Shown piece after piece: positions 1 through 13,193 of a DNA stretch of 51,044 nt. Under the pieces are notes generated by a model. It did not search any database and was not told the DNA's origin. It was given only the letters and a program-made list of their open reading frames with translations. A program made the position numbers and the translations under genes. The DNA is from Chromera velia (Eukaryota). Position 1 is the stretch's first letter. The number at the start of each line of letters is the position of its first letter. Where the stretch lies: the NCBI GenBank assembly GCA_018398765.1, contig JAHBMJ010000345.1, forward strand, positions 1 through 51,044. The letters are read 5' to 3'.

Positions 1-6
1 CTCTGT

Positions 7-44
<38 letters not shown>

Positions 45-119
45 CGCTCGCTCATTCTCTGTCTGTCTGTCTCTCTCTCTCTCTCGCTAATTCTCTGTCT
101 GTCTCTGTCTCTGTCTCTG

Positions 120-177
<58 letters not shown>

Positions 178-187
178 TCGCTCACTC

Positions 188-243
<56 letters not shown>

Positions 244-624
244 TGTGTCTGTCTGTCTGTCTCTCTGTTGAGCTTGTTTTGATCTCCTGGGTGCCCTTTT
301 TTAATGTTCTGTTCAATCTGGTCGCACGCTGTGAAGGGTCCCCAATGCGTTCCTTCCTTCACTGAATCTCATCTATCTATCTCAATATATTAATCTGTCT
401 GTCTGTCTATCTATCTGCCCAAATGGCTGCGTGCAGGACGTGCGCTACCTGCCTGCAGGCCTCTGTTTTGATTATTTGAATACACGTGTCAATCTGTCCT
501 GCAGCTACCCAGGTGTTCTCTCTGAGTGAAGTATAAAGTGGATCCATCGGCCTGCAGGAGTACAGGGAAATTTGCACGTGCGCTGACCTTTACCATGCTG
601 TCCTGATTGATCGCATGCATGCAG

Positions 625-938
625 GTATGCAACAAACCTTCCGGCCTTTTGTCCGTACCTGGCAGAGATATCAGAGATTCGGTAGCGGTGCGTGCGGCAG
701 TCCGGTTTGGAGTCCCCTCTTTGGAAAATATGATTTGTCACAGACTGGACCAACTGACCTCAGGTGGCTTCTTCTTCGGTTTCTTTGCATACTTCTTTGC
801 TTCTGCTCCAATTTGTCTTCTTTTTTTCTTTCCTTGCTTCTTTCCCTCGTCCGCCCCTTCCTTCCGATTTTGTCAGCATTCTGACTGTTACTTCTCTCTC
901 GGTTTCCCTTTGTTCCCTGCTGTCTTTCCGTATTGCCG

Positions 939-975
<37 letters not shown>

Positions 976-988
976 GTGTGTGTGTGTG

Positions 989-1024
<36 letters not shown>

Positions 1025-4000
1025 TGTTGATGTCTTCCCTTCTTAATTAAGTCCTCTCGTTGGTCCGTTTGTTTGTTTGAAATTCCTGCTGGTCACTTTC
1101 TTTCACGCTTCGCTTTGATCAGATTCTTCCTTCTGTATCTTTGATTTGCACTTGTTTGCGTCCACAGTTTTGACACTTTTTTTATCCACTCGCAACACTC
1201 TCCTCCCTTCTTGGGTTCGTCCTCTCTTCCCATTTTTTGACAGCAGGAAGGGAGAGACTGTGCAGCCCTGTGTGTTCGCTTTTTTCAGTCTGTCTCTGTG
1301 TGTATGGATGTACATACGTATGTATGTACGGATGGTGGGATGTATCGGGTAGCGTATGTCCTGGCATTCATGTATGCATGCGTATGTATTCGCCCGGATC
1401 TATTCCGGTCTACGTCTGTGTTTTTTTCCCGAAAACATGCAATCAGTGTGTTACACCCCTGTCTTGATTGTCTTTTGTTGCAGTTCAGTCACGAGGGACA
1501 GCTTGTTTTTATGGAGTGATTTGCTTTTCATATGTGCATATATGTATACGAGTTGCATGCAGGTGTTCTGGTGCTGTGCAGGACTCGAGAGGCCCAGGTG
1601 GAGATGAACAAAAAATTCCAACGACGACAGGTAAAGAAAAAGAAATGCGGATGTTTTTTGCCCTTTCGCATTTTGTTTTTGTTTCAGTCCAATTCCCCCC
1701 CCCCCCCCNNNNNNNNNNNNNNNNNNNNNNCTTCTCTCTCTGTCTTCCCACGTGCATCCGTCTCTGTATCATGCTTTCGCGTTATCGCCCTCTCGAGCAG
1801 CAGGCAGTTGAAGATGAAGAAGAAGGAAGAGAAGCGGGGCGGTCTTGGAGACACTCCGCAATCAAACCGAATGCACTCATGCGCATTACATGAACACAAA
1901 GCACAAAGACAAACCCTCCAAATGCACCCGCTGAAGTGACCGCCCTAGCTGCAGGTGAAGAAAAAGTACTGGGCGGTGGTGGACGGAATTCCGAGGACCT
2001 CCAGAGGATCTGTCAGCCTGCCCTTGAGCAGAGACAACGACAGACGCCCCCTTCAGCAGGTGGGTGGCCATGTCACTAGCTGGTGCCTGTGGACGATCAG
2101 TTAGGCGTATGGCGACTGGGAGGGATCTTTCCTGCCTGGCTGCCTGGCTGTGTACAAGAAAGGAGGGGGGGGGGGAGAGAGAGAGAGAGAGAGACAGACG
2201 GACAGAGAGGGATGCCAGGGTGCATGCGTCACGCAGTTGCGTGTCATTGGAAGGAAAAACTTTTCGTGAAGATCACGAAGGTCTTCCCAACAAATTCTTT
2301 TGTTTGCAGATTTGCCATGCCACCGGGAAGCATGCAGTCACTCTTTGGAAAGTTCTGGTGGCCAGAGAGGAAGATGACGCAGCACTGGTCGAGCTTGACC
2401 TCCTCACAGGTTGGTTCGTTGCGTCTCCGTGTGTAGGAGGGGTGGGAGTGCTCTGCGTGCATGTGTCTGTATGATGGAGGGGTCGGGGTGGGGTGGGGAC
2501 GGAGATTATATGTGCCTTTGGATGTGGGTAGGTTGGAATTGGAGAAAGCTGCAAGATCCATCGAGAAAGGGGCCCACAAAGAATTAAGCAAGATAGAGAA
2601 AGAACATGTTTTACGTTCCTCAGGTCTGCAGAGCTTTAATTGCCTTTATCACTAGATGAGATGATGGATGAGGGGGTGCATTGGTGCCTGCAGGCAGATC
2701 GCACCAACTGAGGGTACATCTGTCCGCGATTGGACATCCGATTCTTGGGGATGATTTCTATGCCCCTCCNTTCTCTCTCTGTCTTCCCACGTGCATCCGT
2801 CTCTGTATCATGCTTTCGCGTTATCGCCCTCTCGAGCAGCAGGCAGTTGAAGATGAAGAAGAAGGAAGAGAAGCGGGGCGGTCTTGGAGACACTCCGCAA
2901 TCAAACCGAATGCACTCATGCGCATTACATGAACACAAAGCACAAAGACAAACCCTCCAAATGCACCCGCTGAAGTGACCGCCCTAGCTGCAGGTGAAGA
3001 AAAAGTACTGGGCGGTGGTGGACGGAATTCCGAGGACCTCCAGAGGATCTGTCAGCCTGCCCTTGAGCAGAGACAACGACAGACGCCCCCTTCAGCAGGT
3101 GGGTGGCCATGTCACTAGCTGGTGCCTGTGGACGATCAGTTAGGCGTATGGCGACTGGGAGGGATCTTTCCTGCCTGGCTGCCTGGCTGTGTACAAGAAA
3201 GGAGGGGGGGGGGGAGAGAGAGAGAGAGAGAGACAGACGGACAGAGAGGGATGCCAGGGTGCATGCGTCACGCAGTTGCGTGTCATTGGAAGGAAAAACT
3301 TTTCGTGAAGATCACGAAGGTCTTCCCAACAAATTCTTTTGTTTGCAGATTTGCCATGCCACCGGGAAGCATGCAGTCACTCTTTGGAAAGTTCTGGTGG
3401 CCAGAGAGGAAGATGACGCAGCACTGGTCGAGCTTGACCTCCTCACAGGTTGGTTCGTTGCGTCTCCGTGTGTAGGAGGGGTGGGAGTGCTCTGCGTGCA
3501 TGTGTCTGTATGATGGAGGGGTCGGGGTGGGGTGGGGACGGAGATTATATGTGCCTTTGGATGTGGGTAGGTTGGAATTGGAGAAAGCTGCAAGATCCAT
3601 CGAGAAAGGGGCCCACAAAGAATTAAGCAAGATAGAGAAAGAACATGTTTTACGTTCCTCAGGTCTGCAGAGCTTTAATTGCCTTTATCACTAGATGAGA
3701 TGATGGATGAGGGGGTGCATTGGTGCCTGCAGGCAGATCGCACCAACTGAGGGTACATCTGTCCGCGATTGGACATCCGATTCTTGGGGATGATTTCTAT
3801 GCCCCTCCTCTCGCTCTCGCGAGGGCCGAGAGACTGCTCTTACACGCACGAGAGCTGCACTTCGATCACCCAATCACAAGAGTCAGTCGGTCGGTCAGTC
3901 AGGTGACCTCTCATTCAAACATCATCTCACACATACCACTTTTCTATTCTATCCCTAGGCAGTCACTGAAATTAGACAGATGAATGCCTCCAGGATCTCT

Positions 4001-4484
4001 CTGCAGAGTGTTGCAAGGTGTGGAGTTTGCATGACACAATTAAGGACCCGCAGTTTTCCCTCTGCTTCTTTTCTTTTCTGTTTCCGGTGTGTCTACTCTG
4101 CTTTCGTCCCTCGCGCCTTCCTTTGGGTTTACTCCGGGCCTGCCATTAGCCCCAACTCTTCCGAGTTTTTTGTTGCAGGAGCCTCTCTCTTTCGAGGCAC
4201 CCTGCGACTTTCTGGAACCTTTTTTGAATGGGGCCTTTGGGCAAAATATCGAATGCAAGAAGGGAGAAGAACATGAGGAGAAAAAGGAATGGCGGGAAGA
4301 CACAGCAAACGGGTATGAAAAGGACCGACCGAAACTGCCCATCTACCCTCCAGCTCAAGACCCCAGACGGTCGGTCAGGAAGTACGGGGGGGACGTTTGG
4401 GTTGGGGGAATTTGCCAAAAGTTGATATGCGTACCATCCGCAGTACATGCAATCGACTTCATTTTGACGAGGGAAAACGTTTGA
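625..4484 (+). CDS. RluA-family RNA pseudouridine synthase (multi-exon; 5' exons not resolved)
   Basis: GT-AG exons 625-763, 1563-1630, 1955-2059 (copy 2994-3098), 2310-2409 (copy 3349-3448), 3733-3881 and 4179-4484 join in phase. They give [11 protein letters not shown], the catalytic [40 protein letters not shown] and [24 protein letters not shown], all RluA motifs. The end of the last exon is uncertain. Confidence 0.9.
1732..3808. repeat. 1039-bp tandem duplication bounded by N gaps (probable scaffolding artefact)
   Basis: 1732-2769 recurs at 2771-3808 with identical ORF translations. The copies are separated by a single N (2770) and preceded by an N run (1709-1730). The first copy ends in the middle of an exon. 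Confidence 0.85.
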
Positions 4485-5373
4485 AAACGTGTTTTTATGC
4501 TAGTGCTACAGTCATCTGCTAGTGCTTACTCCTCCAGTAGCGATGACTCGAGGCCGTCTGTCTGTCTACGTGCATCCTGCCTGTGTCTGTCTTCATTTAT
4601 TCGTTTGGTGCTCCTTCCTTCCCAGGTCAACCCCCTCTCAGCGTTGGTCTCTGTGTTGCAGTCGGTCTGCCTCTCTGCGGAAAGGAAAAGATAAGAGAGA
4701 CATCTGAAAAGGTCTCAGAAGAGACACAGAGACAGAGCCATAAGAGTTGCAAGGAAAAAGAGGGAAAAAAGAAGGAAGGAAGGAGGGAAGAAAGGAAGGA
4801 AGGAACAGGGGGAGAGCGGGACGGCAGATGAAAGAAAGAAACGTGGCTTCAAGTGTAGCTAAGAAGATTTTGATAAATCCGAATCCGCGAAAGACTTCTG
4901 GCTGCTGGCTATGTAATGTCTGCTCCAAAATCACGGCATGAAAGGAAAAATTCTCAAGAGGCCATACATGCAGGGACACACGCAGAGCAGTACGTCCTTG
5001 AATTATGTGGACGGACAAAGTGCACCCAATTCAAGGACGTACTTAGTGCACCATGAATCTCCGTGTAATATTTATACACGATGTCATATGTTTATGCAGC
5101 CAGGTCCTACGTGTGACCCAGTCGAGAACTGTCACCCGCATAGACACCCACCGTCTCGCGTTGGAAGCTCGGAAGGATTCTAGAGGGCATTGGAGACTTC
5201 CCGCACAGGTCCCCCCAGACATGCGTTCTGTATAGATATGTTCGTATATGTGCGTGTGTGTCTGTCTGTGTCCGTCTGTCCGTTTGTCTTTCAGTCAGTC
5301 TGTCAGTCTGTCAGTCTGTCTACATGTGTGTCTGCGTCTATTTGTATGCCTGCGCGCTTGCCTGCGTACGTGC

Positions 5374-5415
<42 letters not shown>

Positions 5416-6291
5416 GTGCGCGGTGGCGTGTGTGTGTGCGTTTGTACAGTAATCGTTGCAAACTCCGGTTGCTTGCGTTTCTTTCGCGGCTGCAGAGTAA
5501 CAAAACCCAGCAATGCTGTCGCGCAGAACAACGCCATGAATCCACATGCAAACCCGCAGAGACGTGACGCATGGACTCTGTCCTTGTGTGTATGTCATTC
5601 TTAATGTACGCATGCACAAACAAGTGGAGGACGATCAACTTCTCTGTTCCCCCATGCACTGCAGGACCCCCGTCTCTCTCCGGCCGTCGCAGAGTGTGCA
5701 GAGGCCTCAGCTGTGCCGCCGTCCCTGCGCGGGAACGGAGCTTCCAAGGTAGCTCGGTCGGGCTCGGGCGGTATCTTCTTTCCATTCATGCGTACGCACG
5801 TTGTGTATTTATGCTCATGTGTGTGTCTGTTTATTGTATTTGTAAATTTGTATTCATATGTACATGCGTATGCATTCATGATTCACTGAAAAGGGCGTTG
5901 GCCTCATGGTCTGGACTCTGTGTGTGTGTGTCCTGAGAGCCCCCCCCTTCCTGTGCGAGACTCGAAAGTTGTCGCGAGGAGATGAAAAGAGAGAGTTGGG
6001 AAAGAGGGAGGACAGGAGAAGAAATGGAATGCGACCGAAAAGAATGTAATCAAAGGCGGGCCTGTGAGTGCGGCGTAAGTAGGCTGGTATCGGGAGGTCG
6101 AAGAAAAAGTTCTGGCAATCTAGTTATTTAATTTTTCTGTGTGCGCGAACGTTTCCCGATGATGACGGTGACACCGAAGACTCGCTGGGCATTTTCGAAG
6201 CGGAAGGCTGGCGGGGCTTTTTTCTGGTTTGTCCGTGGTTGTGATTGGTTGGTGGTGTTGCACTTGCATGTGACTTGATGGACACATGCAG

Positions 6292-6495
6292 GACACACGT
6301 AGCAATGCACTCCGCACAGACTTTGCCTACCAATTCATAGACGGGTTTCGAGTGGAACCTTCTTGGATTTTTGTGGGATACGCGTGGAGAGATCCGAAAA
6401 CTGGGGCCGTGGTTGGTCCTGCCACTCCTTGGCAAATCGAATTTCGACCACTGTCATTGGATGATGTGAGAACGCTGGAGCAAAAAATAGTATGA
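6292..6495 (+). CDS. Probable terminal exon of a small uncharacterised spliced gene (candidate upstream exons at about 4626-5748)
   Basis: An ATGCAG acceptor is followed by a protein-like frame, DTRSNALRTDFAYQFIDGFRVEPSWIFVGYAWRDPKTG...EQKIV*. AG/GT-bounded segments near 4626, 5100, 5496 and 5665 could not be phased unambiguously. Confidence 0.4.
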   Translation, partial: DTRSNALRTDFAYQFIDGFRVEPSWIFVGYAWRDPKTGAVVGPATPWQIEFRPLSLDDVRTLEQKIV

Positions 6496-7590
6496 GAGAT
6501 AATCAGCAAGTGTTCTAGGTAATGTAAAATCTATAGGCTATATATACAATTTAGAGTAAAATGATTATTATATACTGATCCCTAAACTGATTATCACTCT
6601 GCCTGACTCGGATGTCGTATTTTCTTTCTAGGATCTGCACCAAACACATAAAGCAGACGGTCAATGAAGATTTCAACCCACCTTCAACCGAAAGAAGTGC
6701 CTGACTTGAGTCTATAAAAATTAAGAACCGACCAACTAAGGGAGTCTGTGGACCGAAAAATATAAATCAAAACAAACGAGTGGTCATGCATTCTGTGATT
6801 CTCAACTGACCTCCATGCTTTATAATCGGTGGGGACATTCACACTAGCATTTACGAGTACTCAAAATATTTATATGAAATAAGTAGTTCATTTTGAACAC
6901 GTTGGGACCTAAAGATACGTCTATAGTCTTGGGATCTTCACAAGGATACAACTGCGTCGACCTTCCACAGATGTTAAACAGGCCTAGGCTGCCTAGCTCT
7001 GTTTTCCAACAGAGGCCCGTCAGAGGGTGGCTCTCATAAACATCTTTTTCGTCCTCTGGGGTCACTGTGTACTGCAATTTTCAGGCCACTTACCGCTACA
7101 TGAAGAGTGAGATGCGGCCACATGTGCATGATTCTTTTCGATCGATGCTGATGCATGTGACGATCGAAGAAATCAACCTGGCCCGGCGGGCCGCGGCCCG
7201 CGCGCCCCCCGCGCGCTGGGCGATCGACGCGCATGCAAAAAAATCCGAAAATCTTTTTTTTTTTCATTTTTTAGCGGGCCGCCGCATGCAGGGAGGTCGA
7301 TCTCTTTCCACAACTTAATTCTTGGGAAACAAGTATTATTAAATAATATATTCGAACCTTCACAAGTTTCTACTAGGAGGAAGGATACCTCTTTACGTCC
7401 TGGACATCTGTGGAGAGTCGAGAGCGGCTCCTATGTGCTGTCTCCGAGAATTTTGTTAATACATCACTCTTGAGTGCCGATGCGTTCAGCTTGAGATCCC
7501 GAATCGGATCAATATATATAAATATAAACACTCGATCGGAGGTCTCCAGTGCCTACCAAACCGTGTGTGCTCTGACCTATATATTGAAGC

Positions 7591-8558
7591 ATGGAGGTCA
7601 GTTGAGAATCACAGTATGACCACTTCGTTATTTTCTTTTGTGTTTTTCGGTGCACAGACTCCCCTAGTTGGTTGGTTCTTTTTGCAGACTCAGGTCAGGC
7701 ACTTCCTTCGGTTGAAGGTGGGTTGAAATCTTCATTGACCGTCTATTTCATGTGTTTGGTGCAGATCCCGGAAAGAAAATACGACGTCAGGCAGAGGTTC
7801 TTCCTCGAGCAGGTCGGTCTTCAGATTCCTCTCTCTGCGGAAAACCCCAATTCTTTGGAAAAGATCAGATCGAACTGTACATTAATTATCTTCCGAGCTT
7901 CACAGTGTGAGTAAGCACAGCTGTACAAGAACACACAGGAAGAGAGATGCGAGATGCACGGAAAGACGAGGCACATAGTATTCGGAAACTTTTTTAAAAG
8001 CGGGACCACGCAGTCGAAACGGAGGGGAAAATATAGCTAGGGTTGAGTCTGTTGGGCATTTCACTCGCAGTGTTGTCGGAGCCGTATATTAATACATCCA
8101 GCTTTGGCAGTCATGGGCTGTGACGTTTTCTTTCTACTTTTTGCCTCTTTCACCCCTACGTACCTTTTTCCATGTGAACGCAGTTGGAGGTGATAGCCCC
8201 GGCGTGTCTGAGACTGGCCGTGGTCGCATCCTCAGCCGCGGCTCTGCTGGGGGTGGCGGGAATCCTTGACTCCACCACGGTGACTCTGAATGCCATGTAT
8301 TTCTTCAGCCTCGCTCTTACAAGCCTGCCTTCGCTAGGAATCGCAGCACACAGAAAGTCCGGGAAGCAGGAATGGGCGGGACTGGAAGCAGCAGACGGAT
8401 TTGGAAGATTTTCCCTTCTGTGGAGGGAGCGGGTGAGCGTGTTGGCGTTCTGTGCAGTGGATATTTTCGGTACATTATGCGTGGAGGAGTGGAATGGCCC
8501 CGGAAATGTGAGGATCATCTTCAGAGGCGTCACAGGTGCGTTTCTGCCTCTCTCTTTC

Positions 8559-8616
<58 letters not shown>

Positions 8617-8618
8617 CC

Positions 8619-8649
<31 letters not shown>

Positions 8650-10413
8650 TGTGTGTGTGTGTGTCCATACTTCTCCTCTTTTTGGATGGCATGTTTCTGC
8701 AGTGCTCTGGCCGAAGCTGTTCCTTCTGACTTTGGCCTTCTCGGACCTCCACTTTTGGTTTCTTACTGCTTCCTCCAACGTATGCTGGGTGTTCTCTCTG
8801 ATACGGACGAGGGTGATTCATACGGAGGAGGAGACTGTCGTGGCCGGTCTGCTCATGGTGAACATCTCTCTGGTTGTGGCTTTCCTCCGCAGCCTGATTT
8901 ACGTGACTCTGGGAAAGTTCCTAGAGGCTCAGGTGATGAGGGACAGGGCGGAGCTAGGTCGTAAGAACAATCTCTCTTACCTGATGCACGAAATGAGGAA
9001 CCCTCTGTCAGGTCTGTTCGTCCGTCGGCTTGCAACATGATTCATTCCTGCCTTCATTCCTTCATGCATTCATTCATGCATTCATTCATTCATTCATTCA
9101 TTCAATCATACATTTATTCAATCACGCTGTGTATATCAAGAGGTCATGAGCAGTTGAATTCTTCTTAAGTGAGATTGCAATTGTCGGGACAGGAGCAGAA
9201 AGGGAAAGAAGGTATGAGAGGTGGAAGGGGAAGAGGCTGAACTGTCCGGTGAGATCAGTTGAGGCCCGTTTGTCCTCTCAGTCAGCTTGAGATCTTGACT
9301 GGCGAAGATGTCTCCAGTTGCCCGTCGTTTGTGAATTGTGGAAGGATGTTAACATGTGTTTGCTTAATTGCAGGCAGCATGCTGATGCTTGTTGAGTTCC
9401 GGGGAAGTCTGGAAGGCCTGTTGTCTCTCTCTCGGAAAGCAGAGAGGAGGGAGAGAAGACGGAAGAAGCTGGAAGCGGGAGTGTCTTTCTCGCCTGCAGA
9501 TGCGAGGGTGAAAGGTTGGTTGGTTTGTTTGCTGTTTCTGTTCGAGTCGCTGTTCCGCTTCTTCGTCGCCTCACACAAAGGTGTGTGTGAGAACTCTCGC
9601 CTGCTTGCCTGGAGGAGCCATTCGTACGCTTTCTCCTAATGGTTCTTTTCCCTGGTGCTTGAGGTGTGTGTTCGGAGAGGGGGTATGAGTGCTTGAACGT
9701 TTCTGCTCTCAAATCAAAGATAGTCCCTAGGTCTCGCGCATGCAGCAGACTATTCAAGTACAAGCAATTCAAGTGCGTACAAAACTGAATAATTGTTTTG
9801 CAGAATTTCCCGAAGCTGCCTCCCCAGTCTCTCTGCCCCTGGAAAGAGACCGGCTTTCGGGAAGTTATGCACACAAAGAAGCACCAAGAGATATCAACAA
9901 AGCCCGACTTTCTCCAGATACCACAAGAAGATCTGAAGAGGCAAACGGGGAGAAGACGGAGGAGAAGGCAGAAGTCGACTCACCCTCCTGTGCATCGGAT
10001 GGAAGAAAGGCAGTGTTTCTTCCGCTGAAAGGCAGAGCGGCCCAGCACGAGAAGACCCCCGAAGAACAGCAGAGCGTGGTCGTGCGACAGAAACAGCAAA
10101 AAGAGAAAGCACAGCCAGAAACGGGCACTGCTGTGATTGAAAGCCCATCCCGACGCCGCTCGATTTCATTCTCCCCCAACGCCCGCGACCAGGCTTGTGC
10201 CTTTTACGTGAACGTGAAGGAAGAGTCGACCAAACTTCTGGAGTTCGTGAATATGCTCTCTTCTCAGTTTGACAAAATGAAGGGAGTCTGTGACGACGTC
10301 TTGCAGGTGTGTCCCCAGGTGTTTCTTTCTGTGTTCCTCGTCCATCTGTTTGTCTGTGTATTCCTCTCTTTCTTCCGTTCTCCCTTTTTTCCCTGCCTGC
10401 CTTGCAAAACTGC

Positions 10414-10448
<35 letters not shown>

Positions 10449-13193
10449 TTTTTCCCTCTCTGTTTCGTTCCGTCTCTGTCTCTGTCTTTCTCCTAGATCT
10501 TTCTTTGTTTCTTTTCTTTTCGGTCCTTCTTGGTTTTTCTTTCTGTGTTCCCTCTCTCCTTCCCGACACCTCGTGCATTTGTTACCTGTCGGGCTGAGAC
10601 CCTTGATCGGTGTTGGGTCCCTCTGCTTTTCTCCATCATGCGTACCAGCACCGGAAGGGATACGAAACTATGGAATGGAAAGAGATTCATCCACGAATAT
10701 CCACGAGCATTTAAACATCAATGTGTGACTTGATTCATTCGTGCATCCATTCGTGCAGTTGGAAAAACTCGACAAAGGCGGCTTTGAGTTTATCTTCACA
10801 TCCAATGATGTCAAGAGATGGATCGAGAACGCGGCATCCCAAGCAAGAACTCTGTTTCCCTCAGGGGGGGGCGCCATCCAGCGACGGCCAAGTTTTGGGG
10901 GTCGCCGCAGGTCCTCAGGAGGGCTTGTGAGTGCGAGTCCGCATGCGAATGGGGGTCCGACATTTGAGCTTTTATGGGAGCAGGAGGATGGAGTGGCAGA
11001 GGTGCTGGAGGAGACGGGAGGGTCTTGCATCGCTTTGGCTGACTGGCAGCGGCTTGAGCAGGTAGGTGGGTGGATCTTCTCTTCATTCATTTATGGAGAA
11101 CAGAGAGTGCCCATCTTTGTTTTGCATTAGCAAGTGGGAGAGAAGCAGAGAGAGAGAATTCTCTTAATGTAGAAGGGTGGACGGTAGAAAGGTTAGACAA
11201 GTGGAAAGCGTGATCGGGGATTCAGACGGAGAGCTCTTTGCAGCTGACCCCGACACATCCGCGGACGCATGGACGGATAAACGGAATTATGGATGGATGG
11301 ATGAATGGACGGATGTATGTATGGATGTATGGATGAATGGACGGATGTGTGTATGGATGGTTGCAGGTGATTTCCAATTTGATTTCCAACGCCAAGAAGT
11401 TCACAAAGCACGGGAGCGTGACGATGAAGGCCTCCCTTCGTCTCCCGACACCCTCTGAGAGAGCCGCCTTCAACCGAATTCTTCTTCTGCACAACCAGCA
11501 ACCAGATGCTGCACACAATGAATCCCCCGTCAGACTGGACAGTAATCCCCCCATGTCTGCTGATTCGGACAAGCACAAAGAAGAAACATCGGGCGCACAC
11601 CCTCCCCTCCTCACTGTCCTCAAGAGGAGAGTGACCAATCTTCTCGCTCCTGAAAAGGCGCCCGTTGAGTCAAGCAATGAATCCGAAGTTTCGCTTTCTC
11701 AATGGGTGGCGGCAGTGAAGGAGTTGAAGGAGCTGGAGGACGCAACGTCACCTCCTGCTGTCCGCCCAGCCGCAGCCGTAACAGCACGCACGTCTTTTCT
11801 TCAGAAAAGAAAACGAGCCTCACAGGAGGTACTAGGAGTGCAGCCCTTCTTCGTCCTCACCGTCAGCGTGTTGGACACCGGGGCGGGGTTGGACGAGGAG
11901 GACACGGCCAGGCTGTTCAAGCCGTACGGTCAAGTCAGGGCGGGGGAATTGCAGAATGGGGGGGGAACAGGGTTGGGACTGTGCATTTGCAAGAGTTTTG
12001 TGGAGGCGCATGGGGGTGGAAGGATTGGGGTCAGCAGTGCGGGCAGGGAGAAGGGTAGTGAGTTCTTCTTTGAAGTATTCCTACCAATGGTACAAGTCTC
12101 AAAAGCCGAGTGTGAGACTCCGGCAACAAGAGCCAGGGTCCTGCGGAGAAACTCAAAAGCCGCCCCCTTGATGAGTCCGACGGCGCAGAACGACTCGTCG
12201 GCCTCTTCCGCCCTGTCTGCAGACGAGTTCGTTGAAAGATTTCCCCCAAAGCAGCAGCAGCAGCAGCAGCAGGGGCATGAGAAAGGAGGGCAGGGGGGGA
12301 CACTCACAAGTGATTCAGCTTCCGATGCAGAAGCAGCAAGGGAGAGGCGGAGAGAGCTGCGTCGCGTCGCTACACCAAGGAGACGCCGCCTTGAGATCAT
12401 TGCAGCGTCTCTGACTCCCATCCGGACCCCGGCCCCGACGTTTCCCCCCCGTGAGAGGTCGGGGTCGGACCTTCTCTCATCTGCCCTCGGCTCCCCGACT
12501 TCTCTGCCTGCTTCTCCTCCTGCGTGTAAACAAGGAGGAATCGAAGCTTCTTTGCCTTCACCTCCGTCAAACCAGAAAGAGGCCTCCACGTTTGATGAGA
12601 GACTCATCTCTTCCTCAGGGGCCTCCCCAGAAGCCTCAAAACAAGAGGAAGAGACGAAGAGCACTTCCGCACAAACTCCATCCGTAGCAGCTCAAGCGAT
12701 AGCGGGCAATACACCATCTACTGCCCCTTGTTTCTCCTACGCTGCAGACATTCTGTTGGTTGATGACGACAGATTCTGTCTTGTGTGTGGAGAGGCAGCG
12801 ATCAGACGGTTGGGCTACTCAGTGCAGATCTGCGAGAACGGTCAGCGGGCCGTTGAATTGTTGGTGGAAGAGCGCAAAGCTTTCCGTCTGATTTTGATGG
12901 ACAATAATATGCCGATAATGGAAGGGCCAGAGGCTGTGTCAAGAATCATGACGCACTTCAAAGGGGAGCAGGAGAAGGAAGAATCCGTACTTCAGCCAAT
13001 GCCTCTCATTCTGGGTCTCACAGGCGAGACCTCCGAAGCAACAGCGACAAAATTTCTGAATGCTGGAGCGCTCAAAGTGCTGCATAAACCCCTGACGGCA
13101 CAGAGACTCGAGGAAGCACTGAGGGGGGCTGAGGGAGGGAACGCAGATCAACAGTCAGACACCCATGCACATCCAGGGAATGAAGTGAAGTGA
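7591..13193 (+). CDS. Membrane-bound hybrid sensor histidine kinase (TM region + HisKA + HATPase_c + receiver)
   Basis: Exons 8184-8535, 8703-9011, 9374-9514, 9804-10306, 10759-11061 and 11367-13193 join in phase. Tentative 5' exons are 7591-7596, 7688-7717 and 7765-7812. Motifs: H-box LSYLMHEMRNPLSG, DDVLQLEKL, N-box RLEQVISNLISNAKKFT, G1 DTGAGL, F-box LFKPY, G2 GGTGLGL, and receiver ILLVDDD...LMDNNMPIMEG...LTG...HKPL. Confidence 0.92.

Noticed and set aside
87..362. ORFs rich in ER/HT/VC/LS dipeptides here and across the window (for example 24639-25102 and 46457-47392)
   Set aside because: They are translations of (GA)n, (CA)n and (GAAA)n intronic microsatellites.
1732..3808. Tandem exon duplication in the RluA gene as a case of alternative splicing
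   Set aside because: The copies look identical including their introns, abut N gaps, and the first breaks mid-exon. This is typical of an unmerged contig overlap. Read depth or long reads would settle it.
6844..7300. Minus-strand exon-like ORF (6844-7071) and GC-rich hairpins at about 7180-7290
   Set aside because: There is no recognisable motif, partner exon, TIR or TSD, so support is insufficient.
11930..12664. Long antisense ORFs opposite the kinase, peptidase (22011-23036) and LRR (35126-35869) exons
   Set aside because: These are shadow frames of GC-rich coding sequence with no independent motifs.
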